This document shows positions 44,093 to 54,368 of a stretch of 64,000 nucleotides of DNA, in pieces. The DNA comes from Escherichia phage vb_EcoM-VR5: sequence record NC_028881.1; one strand, 5' to 3'. The position numbers were made by a program, and so were the translations under genes. Numbering within the stretch: the first letter of the stretch is position 1; the number at the start of each line of letters is the position of its first letter. The notes under the pieces were generated by a model. That model ran no database searches, was not told the origin of the DNA, and saw only the letters and a program-made list of their open reading frames with translations.

Positions 44093-44590
44093 ATGGAAGG
44101 GGCCTCAATCGATGTTACGTTTACCGCTCAATTAGAAACAAACGAAACATTAGTCGAAATAAATATAACTGAATATGAGCCAACAGAAGGCATTATTGTC
44201 GATGGGGCTCGATTATACGGAACCTATGAATCGGTATTTGGATTCTCTGAAGATGCGTTAAAATATCGATTAGGTGATGAATTTAAAACTGCAGGTTCAT
44301 GGAAAGACCTACCGACCGATAGTAATGCCCAATTATACCTCTGGAAAGCTCCTGGTAATCTTCAGAAGACATTTTCTTACACAGTCACATTAACCTATGA
44401 CTTTCAAGAAGAGACGTCAGGAGGCGATACAGGGAACTCAGGCGGCAGTAACTCTAGGGCTGGCACTGAAACCGATCCACCTCCTGCTCCTGTAAGAAAA
44501 ACTCTTACCAAGGTTTATACCAAGGTTATAGTCGGAAATTGGAGCAAGTGGGCTAACCAATTAAGAGAATATGTATATGCGAGGGATTAA
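44093..44590 (+). CDS. 5.1: gp5.1-like protein
   Basis: Track ORF 44009..44590 trimmed to ATG behind SD AGGAG (MEGASIDVTFTAQLE...), about 165 aa. Confidence 0.5.
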   Translation: MEGASIDVTFTAQLETNETLVEINITEYEPTEGIIVDGARLYGTYESVFGFSEDALKYRLGDEFKTAGSWKDLPTDSNAQLYLWKAPGNLQKTFSYTVTLTYDFQEETSGGDTGNSGGSNSRAGTETDPPPAPVRKTLTKVYTKVIVGNWSKWANQLREYVYARD

Positions 44591-44884
44591 ATGGCTGGGT
44601 TAAGTTATAACCAATGTGTGACAGCGGGTCATGAAGCGTGGCCTCCTACCATAATTAACGCCACCCAAGGTAAAGTATTTACCGGTGGAATTCCTGTATT
44701 AGTTGATGGTGACCCTATTACAGAACATACTGAAATTAAAAAGCCATATGAAACTCATGGTGGAGTTACTCAACCTCGTACGTCTAAGGTATACGTAACC
44801 GGAAAGAAAGCTGTTCAAATGGCAGACCCGATTTCATGTGGTGATACAGTCGCCCAAGCCTCAGCAAAAGTGTTTATAAAATAG
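44591..44884 (+). CDS. 5.4: PAAR-repeat spike-tip protein gp5.4
   Basis: 97 aa, same length and position as T4 gp5.4. Confidence 0.75.
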   Translation: MAGLSYNQCVTAGHEAWPPTIINATQGKVFTGGIPVLVDGDPITEHTEIKKPYETHGGVTQPRTSKVYVTGKKAVQMADPISCGDTVAQASAKVFIK

Positions 44885-44892
44885 GAAAACTA

Positions 44893-46851
44893 ATGGCTAC
44901 TCCTACGAATTACCAATTAACAAGAACCGTTAACGCTATCCCAAAAGTATTTGTGGGAGCTACGTTTGAAGAAATTAAAAAGAACATCATTGACTGGCTT
45001 TCTAGCCAGGAAGAATTTAAGGATTACGATTTCGTTGGTTCTCGAATGAATATCCTTATTGATATGCTTGCTTATAATACATTGTATATGCAGCAGTTTG
45101 CTAACACAGCTTTATACGAATCTTTTATAGGAACGGCCAACCTTCGTTCTTCGGTTGTCCAGGCAGCACAAGATAACGGATATCTCCCTAGTTCTAAATC
45201 CGCAGCCAAAACTACCGTAATGCTTACTTGTACTCAGGCCCTTAATGAAAAGAATATTCGTATCCCTAGAGGTACTAAATTCTTGGCTTATGCTCGTGAT
45301 ACATCAGCAGACCCGTATGCTTTTGTTACCATGGAAAACGTTATTGCCGTACGTGATGTTAATAACCAATATCTCCCTATTGTATCTTTAGCACAAGGTC
45401 GTATTATTCGTACTGAACTTAAATATGACCCTAAAACCCCTATTCTTATTCGGGACCCGGACATTGATAGACAAGAAGTTAAACTTTATGTCGATGGTGC
45501 AGAATGGACCAACTGGACTAATAAATCCATGGTTCATGCTGGTAGTACATCAACCATTTACTATATGCGTGAAACCGTAGATGGTAATACCGAATTCTTC
45601 TTTGGTGAAGGAGTTGCCGAAAAATCAGTTGCAGGTGGTGTATTAGAAGCTAATTATATTGGTGGTTTAAAACCTGTTAAAGATGCTACCGTTGTTATAG
45701 AATATCTTCGCACCGATGGTGAAGTTGCTAACGGTGCAGTGGATTTCAGTTATGCAGACTCATTGGCTTATATAACCGTAGAAAAAATTACAGAAAACTA
45801 TAATGACGACCCAGATTATGTGGGTGCTGACGGTGGTGGTGACCCTGAAGATATTGAACGTATTCGTGAACTGGCTGTAGTTAAACGCGAAGCCCAGATG
45901 CGTGCCGTAACCGGTACAGATTATGATACATTCGTTTCAGAGCGATTTGGTTCTATTGTACAGGCAGTACAAACCTTTACAGACCCAAATAAACCAGGTT
46001 ACGCCTTTGTTACCATTAAACCTAAATCAGGATTGTATTTGACAGCGGTTCAACGCGAAGATATCCAAAATTATCTTTCAGAATTTAACCTGGCGCCTAT
46101 TACTCCTTCGGTTATTTCTCCTGACTACTTGTTCTTAAAGCATAAAATTAAGGTTTCATATGCACTGAACAAATTACAGGAATCCGAACAATGGCTAACG
46201 GCTCAAATCCTTTCCCAAATAGACCGTTATTATATTAACGAAGTTGAAATATTCAACCATGGATTTGCCAAGTCTAAAATGTTGACTTATATTGATAATG
46301 CGGACCACAGTATCCTTGGCTCTTCGGCTACGGTAACAATGGTTCGCGAAGTATTAAACTTCTTCAAAACACCTGAAGCGGGTATTAAATACTATAATCA
46401 ATATACCAACCGTTCTGTAACTTCTAGTGAATTTGAGTTCGTCCCGACAAACGTATCGGATGATATTAAATCTTATAACGTACGTATTGTTGCCACAGAT
46501 AAAGACGAAAGAGGCGATGGTAAAATGGTTATAGGTCCTTTCCGACCAGGTGATGTAATTGAAAACCAGTACATCCAACCTTACACCGGAGATGACTTCG
46601 ATAAAATGGCAGCTCCTGCAGACCAATCAGTCTACTATGTTATTGGCGAAATTGATTATTACTCAGACTTTATTTTCTGGGATATCGCCGCAATAGGCCT
46701 TACTTCTGACCGTTTTGAAGTCCAGTCTATTGAACTTTATGCAGGACCAGACCAAGACAACATCTTTACCAAAGACGGTTCTTTAATCGTATTTGAAGAT
46801 GACCTTCGTCCTCAGTACACAACTATAGAGTTGGAACCAATTACAATATAA
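44893..46851 (+). CDS. 6: baseplate wedge protein gp6
   Basis: 652 aa (T4 gp6 660 aa) in conserved order. Confidence 0.9.
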   Translation: MATPTNYQLTRTVNAIPKVFVGATFEEIKKNIIDWLSSQEEFKDYDFVGSRMNILIDMLAYNTLYMQQFANTALYESFIGTANLRSSVVQAAQDNGYLPSSKSAAKTTVMLTCTQALNEKNIRIPRGTKFLAYARDTSADPYAFVTMENVIAVRDVNNQYLPIVSLAQGRIIRTELKYDPKTPILIRDPDIDRQEVKLYVDGAEWTNWTNKSMVHAGSTSTIYYMRETVDGNTEFFFGEGVAEKSVAGGVLEANYIGGLKPVKDATVVIEYLRTDGEVANGAVDFSYADSLAYITVEKITENYNDDPDYVGADGGGDPEDIERIRELAVVKREAQMRAVTGTDYDTFVSERFGSIVQAVQTFTDPNKPGYAFVTIKPKSGLYLTAVQREDIQNYLSEFNLAPITPSVISPDYLFLKHKIKVSYALNKLQESEQWLTAQILSQIDRYYINEVEIFNHGFAKSKMLTYIDNADHSILGSSATVTMVREVLNFFKTPEAGIKYYNQYTNRSVTSSEFEFVPTNVSDDIKSYNVRIVATDKDERGDGKMVIGPFRPGDVIENQYIQPYTGDDFDKMAAPADQSVYYVIGEIDYYSDFIFWDIAAIGLTSDRFEVQSIELYAGPDQDNIFTKDGSLIVFEDDLRPQYTTIELEPITI

Positions 46852-46878
46852 GCCTCTTCGGAGGTTTAAGGAGATTTA

Positions 46879-49800
46879 ATGTCTGTACAAGCGCCTTATG
46901 TTACTAGTCTGAGAATTGATAAACTCTCGGCTAACCATGTGAGCATTCTTTGGGATGACGTAGGCGCCAACTTCTATTATTTTGTAGAACTGGCCCAAAC
47001 GAAGGATGCGGGTGTAGAAATTCCCGATGAAAATTTATTTTGGAGAAATTTAGGTTACACCCCTAACAACGAATGGTTTGAAGAGACATTCATTTCTCCT
47101 AATTCGTTCTATAAGATGCGGGTGGCTGTTGCAGCCCAAGGCTTTGAACAGTCTGAATGGGTTTATACCGAAGAATTTGAAACCTTTGCCACGAACGCGT
47201 ATACGTTTGAACATATGCGCGAATTCACTTTATCTAATAAGTTTATTGAAGAAAAATTCACAAACAATAACCAGAATTATGTGAACTTTAATACTGATGC
47301 CATTATGGCTTCCTTAATGACGGAAGATTTTAACTTTACACCGGCTTATTCTCATTTATCGTCTATATCCAATTATGTTTTAAAAGCTGAACGTTTCCAT
47401 GAAATCCAAGGAAGTATTCAAGCGGTATGTAAAGACCCTAAAAGGTCCATACTTATGGAATTAGGTGGAGTTCTGTATCTTTTAGAAAGATTCCAAAGCA
47501 CCGCTAAAGTTTCTAATGATAAAGGACAGAACTGGCATTATATTAGATTGTTTAACGATAGAGTAGGTAATCCGGTATCTAGAACGGTGCATTACCAAAC
47601 AGAAACTACTACATATGTACTAGGTTATGACCAAATATTTTATGGGCGTAAATCAAGTGATATCCGTTGGTCTGCTGACGACGTCCGCTTTAGTTCCCAG
47701 GATGTAACATTTGCTAAAATCGGTAGTGATATTGACCTCCCGTTTGAAATAGAAATATTTGGGTCATACGCAAAACTTCCTTTGCCTATTTCTACTATTG
47801 CTGAAGCCATATGTGCTTCAGATGATTTCATTTATGTTGCAGGTAGAGACAGAGTTTATAAAGCAAAAACATCTGAGGCCCCTATAGATACCGACCCTAG
47901 CTCACCAACTTATGGCGAGAAGATATTTGAAAGCGGATATTCTACTATTACCGGGAATCCAAAAGCTGTTTGTTATAAATTAGATTCTATCCAAGGACAC
48001 ACGTTTGCTTTAATTACAGGCGAAGTTAAAGAAGAAAAAATGGACCCTACAGTAGAGGCCAACGTAATTGATTCTGAATCTAAAGGTGTCTATTGGTTAG
48101 ATGTAGAAACAGATACTTGGACTCGAGTATTCGGTAATACTGAAGAAGAACGTCGTAGAATAGAACATGGATATACTAGCATGTCTACAGATGGCGAAGA
48201 GTTATTTTTTAGTTCTAGCAACTTTAGATATGAGGTAGAGGTTGATTCTGAACTTCCTTTGGAATATCCTGAAATTGTTACTTCGGCCGTTAAATACGTT
48301 AAAGACGAACAGTGGATTCATGATAAGCATTATTTGATGATGAGTTTTAGGTCTAACTCTAAATCGGATTTTAAAGAATTCAAACCAGGCCGTATGGCTT
48401 ATTACGCTGAACCATTCTTTAGTTGGTCTCGCCGTGATGGGACCCGTTCTTGGATTACTACAGGTGACCATGCAATGGTCGTTTATAATGATGCTTTGTA
48501 TCAGAAAATAATCGACCTTAATAGTGGTTCATCGCCGGAGCGTATTGTTCATGAGATTTGGAATAAAGGTTTTTGTAAAGTTACATCGCCTAATATAGAG
48601 TTCAATGGCTTTAAGAAATATTCTTCCGGAATGATGATTCATAAATCAACAGGTGAATTGGTTGGGTATTTTGAATTCGACTACCGGGTACGCGATGAAG
48701 TTCGTGTTATTTGGAAGCCAAAAGAAATTATGTTTACGGCCGAACTTCAAAACCAAGAACATGAAATCCCATGGAAACCTAAAGAAGAAGTTGGTGAACA
48801 AGACCCAGACCTCCAACCGTTATTAGTTAAAATGATTCCAGATAGTTATTTGCTTCAAGATTCTAACTTTGAGAAATTCTGTGAATATTACTTACAGTTT
48901 ATTAGTGATGGCTCCGGTACGCATTATAACAATTTGTTGAATCTTATTCGTAACCAATATCCACGTGAAGAAGATTCATGGGAATATCTGTGGTCAGAAA
49001 TCTATAAGCGAAATATCTATTTGTCGAAGGAAAAACGTGATGAAGTGGTTCGTTTCTTCCAGGCTCGTCAATCAGATTTTTGGTCAACTAAAGGCACTGA
49101 AGCTTCATATAAATTCCTGTTTAAATTGCTTTATAATGAAGATGTTGAAATCGATATTGAGTCTAAAAACTCTATCGAATATGATATTATAGTTGAATCT
49201 GATAACATCAGTGAAGATATCGTTGGGCAAACCATTTATACCCCTACAGGTCGCAGTAATGTTACATACATTGAACGTAACTATAAACAAGGTAAATTGC
49301 AATGGCGTTTAACCATTCATAACCTTTTAGGTCGTTTTATAGTTGGCCAGGAAATCAAATCCGAACGTACTTCATTTAAGGGTATGATTGTACAGGGTGT
49401 GCGTGGTAAAGAGCTTTTGAGTAACAACATCGACTATATCAACCGTAACCGTTCTTATTATGTGATGACTATTAAGTCTAATCTCCCTACCTCTCGTTAT
49501 CGCAACGATGTTTTGAGATTTGTACACCCTGTCGGCTTCGGATTTGTAGGTATAACTTTGCTTTCTATGTTTGTTAACGTCGGATTGACACTAAAACATA
49601 CAGAAACTATTATTAATATCCTTAAGAACTATAAATGGGACGCCGGGTTGCCATCTGAATGGTATGATAGAGTTGCTGTAATAGGTTTTGATGGTAATAT
49701 AGAAAGAGACCCTCGTACAGGTGCTCCTGTGTATAATGTTGGGCCTAAAGCAGGAGAACCATTTGATATTCCCGCAGATTATGATGCAGAAAATGATTTC

Positions 49801-49974
49801 TCTATATTCCAAGGTCAATTACCACACGAACGTGTTAAAAAGCACAGTCCTCTATTCGACCAAAGTGCGGTGACTTTTGCTAATTGGCGAGAACTGGTTG
49901 ACAAACGCCTTAAAGACGATATTGGAAACCCTAGAGACCCTAAAGTTCCAACTCAGGTAAAACTTAATGATTAA
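46879..49974 (+). CDS. 7: baseplate wedge initiator gp7
   Basis: 1031 aa (T4 gp7 1032 aa); SD AAGGAG; preceded by a CCUC-UUCG-GAGG hairpin. Confidence 0.9.
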   Translation: MSVQAPYVTSLRIDKLSANHVSILWDDVGANFYYFVELAQTKDAGVEIPDENLFWRNLGYTPNNEWFEETFISPNSFYKMRVAVAAQGFEQSEWVYTEEFETFATNAYTFEHMREFTLSNKFIEEKFTNNNQNYVNFNTDAIMASLMTEDFNFTPAYSHLSSISNYVLKAERFHEIQGSIQAVCKDPKRSILMELGGVLYLLERFQSTAKVSNDKGQNWHYIRLFNDRVGNPVSRTVHYQTETTTYVLGYDQIFYGRKSSDIRWSADDVRFSSQDVTFAKIGSDIDLPFEIEIFGSYAKLPLPISTIAEAICASDDFIYVAGRDRVYKAKTSEAPIDTDPSSPTYGEKIFESGYSTITGNPKAVCYKLDSIQGHTFALITGEVKEEKMDPTVEANVIDSESKGVYWLDVETDTWTRVFGNTEEERRRIEHGYTSMSTDGEELFFSSSNFRYEVEVDSELPLEYPEIVTSAVKYVKDEQWIHDKHYLMMSFRSNSKSDFKEFKPGRMAYYAEPFFSWSRRDGTRSWITTGDHAMVVYNDALYQKIIDLNSGSSPERIVHEIWNKGFCKVTSPNIEFNGFKKYSSGMMIHKSTGELVGYFEFDYRVRDEVRVIWKPKEIMFTAELQNQEHEIPWKPKEEVGEQDPDLQPLLVKMIPDSYLLQDSNFEKFCEYYLQFISDGSGTHYNNLLNLIRNQYPREEDSWEYLWSEIYKRNIYLSKEKRDEVVRFFQARQSDFWSTKGTEASYKFLFKLLYNEDVEIDIESKNSIEYDIIVESDNISEDIVGQTIYTPTGRSNVTYIERNYKQGKLQWRLTIHNLLGRFIVGQEIKSERTSFKGMIVQGVRGKELLSNNIDYINRNRSYYVMTIKSNLPTSRYRNDVLRFVHPVGFGFVGITLLSMFVNVGLTLKHTETIINILKNYKWDAGLPSEWYDRVAVIGFDGNIERDPRTGAPVYNVGPKAGEPFDIPADYDAENDFSIFQGQLPHERVKKHSPLFDQSAVTFANWRELVDKRLKDDIGNPRDPKVPTQVKLND

Positions 49975-50971
49975 TTCTACAGTAGTTTATCGTTCTATTG
50001 TGACTTCTAAATTTAGAACGGAAAAAATGTATAACTTTTACAGAACCATAGGTGATGGCGAAGACCAGAATACGATGTATGTATCTTTCGGAAGGGCCCG
50101 TCCATGGGCCGATAACGAAAACGACCCCGGGTTTGCACCACCATATCCTGTAGATGATTCTGAAGGCGTAGAAGACGTCTGGACCAACATGATGGGTTGT
50201 GTTAAGGTTTATAAGAGTATGTTAGATTGTGTTGTTCCTCGTAAAGACTGGGGCGATACCTCTTATCCTAACCCATTTACTTTCCAAATCGGTGAAATTG
50301 TGGTGGCTAATAGTCAACCACAAAACCGTACTGATGTTGGTGCTGGCTGGATGGTTTACCGTTGTGTAGACGTGCCTGAATCAGGAACTTGTTCTATTTT
50401 ATCTCTTGATAATAAGACCGAATGTATTAAACTAGGCGGAAAATGGACTTCCAATGTCCAATCTGTAAAAGCTCCTGCGGGACAAGGCGATACTGAAGGT
50501 ATGGTTGATACAGGCGATGGATATCTCTGGGAATATTTGTATGAGATTCCACCTGATGTAAGTATTAACCGTTGTACCAATGAATATATTGTGGTTCCAT
50601 GGCCGGAAGAAATTGCTGAAGACCCGGAACGTTGGGGATACGAGAATAATCTCACTTGGCAACAAGATGATTATGGATTAATTTACCGTATTAAAGGCAA
50701 TACTATTCGCTTTAAAGCATTCTTGGATTCAGTTTATTTCCCTGAATTTAGTCTCCCGGGAAACAAAGGTTTTAGACAGCTTTCGATAATTTCTAACCCG
50801 TTAGAAGCTAAAGCCCACCCATCCGATCCAATCATTAAAGCCGAAAAAGAGTACTATGATGTTATAGACCTCTCCCGCCACTCCGGTGAAATGATTTATA
50901 TGGAAAACCGTCCTCCGGTTATTCGTTCTATGGACCAAACCGAAGAAATTAACATTGTCTTCGAATTCTAA
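49967..50971 (+). CDS. 8: baseplate wedge protein gp8
   Basis: 334 aa (T4 gp8 334 aa); start overlaps the gene 7 stop. Confidence 0.9.
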   Translation: MINSTVVYRSIVTSKFRTEKMYNFYRTIGDGEDQNTMYVSFGRARPWADNENDPGFAPPYPVDDSEGVEDVWTNMMGCVKVYKSMLDCVVPRKDWGDTSYPNPFTFQIGEIVVANSQPQNRTDVGAGWMVYRCVDVPESGTCSILSLDNKTECIKLGGKWTSNVQSVKAPAGQGDTEGMVDTGDGYLWEYLYEIPPDVSINRCTNEYIVVPWPEEIAEDPERWGYENNLTWQQDDYGLIYRIKGNTIRFKAFLDSVYFPEFSLPGNKGFRQLSIISNPLEAKAHPSDPIIKAEKEYYDVIDLSRHSGEMIYMENRPPVIRSMDQTEEINIVFEF

Positions 50972-50974
50972 TAA

Positions 50975-51005
50975 GGGCCGCAAGGCCCTTTCGGGCTTAT
51001 AAATA
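50975..51005 (+). terminator. GNRA-loop hairpin followed by late promoter TATAAATA before gene 9 (approximate)
   Basis: GGGCC-GCAA-GGCCC then TTTCGGGCTTATAAATA; ATG of gene 9 about 27 nt downstream. Confidence 0.55.
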
Positions 51006-51031
51006 CATTATATCAATAATGAGGCATACCT

Positions 51032-51892
51032 ATGATTAAGCAAACTGGTAAAGAACTAATTGACGTCGGCGAAATTGGTAATGCCAGCACCGGCGACATC
51101 CTTTATGATGGTGGTGTTAAACTGAACACCGACTTAAATAACATCTATAACACTTTTGGCGACCAACGTAAAACTGCTTTAACCGGTGAATTGACCGGCC
51201 AGAAATTACATGCTACAGGATATTATCAAAAATTCGGAGATACTGACCAGGCAAGTTCTGTTGATTTAGGCTCTTTAGTTGACATTGACGCCTCTACTGG
51301 TTCTATTGTACTGACTACTGTAAAAGGTGCAGTCGGTGAAGGGATAGAAATTATTAACTCTAATGGAAGTATTTCACCTACCAACTATCTTGAAATCCGT
51401 ATATTAGATACTTTTGCAGGCCATCCTACTTCGACTCTACGTATTGTAACACCATATACAAGGGTTCTTTTATGGTGTGTATCGGATACAAACGGTATCG
51501 CGGTATGGGATTATTCTATAGAAAGTATGTTCGGTGACAAACGGGTTCCATTAAATAAGACATACAACATATCTTCTGTTGCCCGCGATATCCCGGTTGT
51601 TTACTCAGGCCAATATTCGCTTGTTAAACTTTTGGTAACAGCAGTTAATGCAAACGAGACTATATACAAAGCTTCGGAGTATCTAGTGTTTATAGATAAC
51701 CAAGCTAAAAAGATTTATTCTACTGAATACGCCGTTATTAAACGTGGGCAGACTTCAGACGAAGATGAAATTTATGCGTTAGATTTTAAATTTGACACAT
51801 CAAACTATATTATCGCAACCGTTTCTTCTGTTAATCCTATGAGATTGGCAATTAAGGTTGTAGAAACTCAAACTATCGGAGTTCCAGTATAA
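51032..51892 (+). CDS. 9: baseplate wedge / long-tail-fibre socket protein gp9
   Basis: 286 aa (T4 gp9 288 aa). Confidence 0.9.
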   Translation: MIKQTGKELIDVGEIGNASTGDILYDGGVKLNTDLNNIYNTFGDQRKTALTGELTGQKLHATGYYQKFGDTDQASSVDLGSLVDIDASTGSIVLTTVKGAVGEGIEIINSNGSISPTNYLEIRILDTFAGHPTSTLRIVTPYTRVLLWCVSDTNGIAVWDYSIESMFGDKRVPLNKTYNISSVARDIPVVYSGQYSLVKLLVTAVNANETIYKASEYLVFIDNQAKKIYSTEYAVIKRGQTSDEDEIYALDFKFDTSNYIIATVSSVNPMRLAIKVVETQTIGVPV

Positions 51893-53703
51893 TGAAACAA
51901 GACTTAAAAGTAGGTTCCGCTGTTGATGACGGGTCCGGTGATTACCTGCGCGCAGGCGGTCTTAAAATTAATAATAACTTCAATGAACTTTATTACCAAT
52001 TAGGTGACGGGAATAATCCGCATGCCGCCGGCGCATGGAAACAACATTCTACTGAAGACGGTGCTTTGTTGAATGCTGTAATGGGTCATAGTTATACATT
52101 GAATACCCAAGGTGGACGTATCAACGTTCAACTTCCTAAAGGTTCTCCAGAAGAATATAACTTTGTTATTCGTGTACGTGACGTTTATTCTTCATGGCAA
52201 GCGAATCCTGTAACCTTAATCCCTGCTACAGGCGATACTATTAAGGGTTCGGCTACACAAGTAGAAATTGCTCGTAACTTCTCTGACCTTGAATTGGTTT
52301 ATTGTGCTCCTGGTCGTTGGGAATATGTTGAAAACAAGCAAGTAAACCGCATTCCAAATAACGACCTCGCTACTGTAGCAACTAAGCAGTTTATTGCTAC
52401 TGAAGGCCAAACAGATTTTTTAGATATTTTCCCAGGTCTTTCTTATAATGTAGCGAGTTTAAGTGTTTCACAACGTGGTAACAACCTGTTTTATGGTATT
52501 GACGATATTTTCGATGAAGCTACCGCAGAATTTGGTTCTCCTGGTGCTAATCCGGGTGAGTTGGTTCCGTTGAACGGTAAAGATATTAGATTAAAGTATC
52601 CTTGCGAAGCCGGTGACACTGTTATAATTAAATCATATAATGATGGGCTGGCACAGTGGCGTAGTTCTTATAACCGTCGTGATATAACAATAAAAAGTTC
52701 TGAATTAACAAAAGATGCTTCTATTCCTGGGTCTTCTTTCGTAGCGGATTTGAATACTTCACATGTAATATCTGCTGCTGATTTGAATATTTCTGTTAAT
52801 AGTCCTATCAACCCTAATGCTTGTCAAGTTATGTTGAATAGTACATTACTTCATCAAGCTGGGACTGCAGGTCTTCCTTCGTTTTATTGTGAAGGCGCAG
52901 ATGGTCGTACTGCTACAGAATGTTTTAACGCAGGTGGACAATGGACCCAATCTAAATCAGATTATATTTTTAATTTGACTCCTGAAGATAAAATTGAAGC
53001 TATTGAATTTGGACGTGACTTTGAACATGGCGATATCCTTACGGTAATTTGGTATAATAATGATATCGGCACTACTATGGAAATAGATGAAATTTTGGAT
53101 TACACCAACAACATCTATATTTCTAAGGGTCCTTCTATCGATATAACAGGACAAGTCCGTATTACTGATGTAGACAATCCTTTTGCACCAAACGTTGAAC
53201 CGGTAGCCTCATCTAATATTACAATAGATACTGCAGCGACATTTTTTGATTTAATCTATCCTGTAGGAACCATCTACGAGAACACGGTGAACCCTAATAA
53301 CCCTAAAACTTATATGGGCTTTGGTTCATGGAAGCGTTTATCTGATGTGTTCTTAGTTGGTTGGTCACCGGACGCTGGTTCTTTGTTTAATGCAAACAAC
53401 AACGATTTGGATTCTGCAGGTATTCCGCAGTCATCTGCTGGAGGTACCGGTGGTAATCATGTTGCTAACTTGAAATATGAGAATATCCCAGAACTTAATA
53501 CAGATGATAAAGTCCTTATTGCTGATAACGACGGCCCTATTTTTGTAGGTGGATGTTTAGTTGACCCTGATTCACAAGGACCTGCTTATACAAAATATCG
53601 TGAAGATAAAGCCAGTATTAATAAGGCTCAAGGAACCAGTCCTATTCCTGTTAATACATTACCACCATATTTAACCGTTCATCGTTGGATGAGGATTGCA
53701 TAA
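51892..53703 (+). CDS. 10: baseplate wedge / tail pin protein gp10
   Basis: 603 aa (T4 gp10 602 aa); TAATG overlap with gene 9. Confidence 0.9.
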   Translation: MKQDLKVGSAVDDGSGDYLRAGGLKINNNFNELYYQLGDGNNPHAAGAWKQHSTEDGALLNAVMGHSYTLNTQGGRINVQLPKGSPEEYNFVIRVRDVYSSWQANPVTLIPATGDTIKGSATQVEIARNFSDLELVYCAPGRWEYVENKQVNRIPNNDLATVATKQFIATEGQTDFLDIFPGLSYNVASLSVSQRGNNLFYGIDDIFDEATAEFGSPGANPGELVPLNGKDIRLKYPCEAGDTVIIKSYNDGLAQWRSSYNRRDITIKSSELTKDASIPGSSFVADLNTSHVISAADLNISVNSPINPNACQVMLNSTLLHQAGTAGLPSFYCEGADGRTATECFNAGGQWTQSKSDYIFNLTPEDKIEAIEFGRDFEHGDILTVIWYNNDIGTTMEIDEILDYTNNIYISKGPSIDITGQVRITDVDNPFAPNVEPVASSNITIDTAATFFDLIYPVGTIYENTVNPNNPKTYMGFGSWKRLSDVFLVGWSPDAGSLFNANNNDLDSAGIPQSSAGGTGGNHVANLKYENIPELNTDDKVLIADNDGPIFVGGCLVDPDSQGPAYTKYREDKASINKAQGTSPIPVNTLPPYLTVHRWMRIA

Positions 53704-54368
53704 TGACTTTAACTGAAATGAAAAGCGGGTTAAAATCCCGCTTAGCCGATTATTTAGAATTATCTTATACCAGTGATAAGCCTACTGCTGTCGCTGACCA
53801 ACGTCCTATTGGTGGTCCTTCTGCAAACCAAACACAGAAGGGTGTTTATTTTCCTACCGTTCAGAGTGCAATAGATGATATTGCATTCCGAGCAGAACTT
53901 CCTGTGAACTCTGTTATTATTACTACAGAAAACAGAGCACCTGGTTTTATCCAACAATCAGATAAAATTACCTTTACTGGTTCCATTTCTTCCGGTGGTG
54001 AACTTGGCGACCCGGTTATTATTAAAGTGTTTGGGCTTCCTGTAGAGGTCATTGTTGGCGATTCATCTGTGCTAGTCGCATCTAAAGTAAATGATGTGTT
54101 TTTAGATGCAATTGCTAATAGCTATATTTTGGCTGAAACTGCTATTGATGCCTTAGACCAATCTACCTTGAATATTAAATACAATGACTATCAGAACCAT
54201 ATTTTTTCACCATATAAACAATCGGGTTGTACAATTTCCCATACTATAGTCCAGCAGCCAAGGTCTGGATACGGTAAGTGGGAATACTTAGGTAACTCTA
54301 CCCAATCGTTAGCAGGTGGTACAGTTAACGGCACGATTCCTTTATATTACTATAAGAGATTATATTAA
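53703..54368 (+). CDS. 11: baseplate wedge / short-tail-fibre attachment protein gp11
   Basis: Track ORF 53685..54368 trimmed to ATG overlapping the gene 10 stop (MTLTEMKSGLKSRLADYL...), 221 aa; T4 gp11 starts MSLLNNKAGVISRLADFL. Confidence 0.88.
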   Translation: MTLTEMKSGLKSRLADYLELSYTSDKPTAVADQRPIGGPSANQTQKGVYFPTVQSAIDDIAFRAELPVNSVIITTENRAPGFIQQSDKITFTGSISSGGELGDPVIIKVFGLPVEVIVGDSSVLVASKVNDVFLDAIANSYILAETAIDALDQSTLNIKYNDYQNHIFSPYKQSGCTISHTIVQQPRSGYGKWEYLGNSTQSLAGGTVNGTIPLYYYKRLY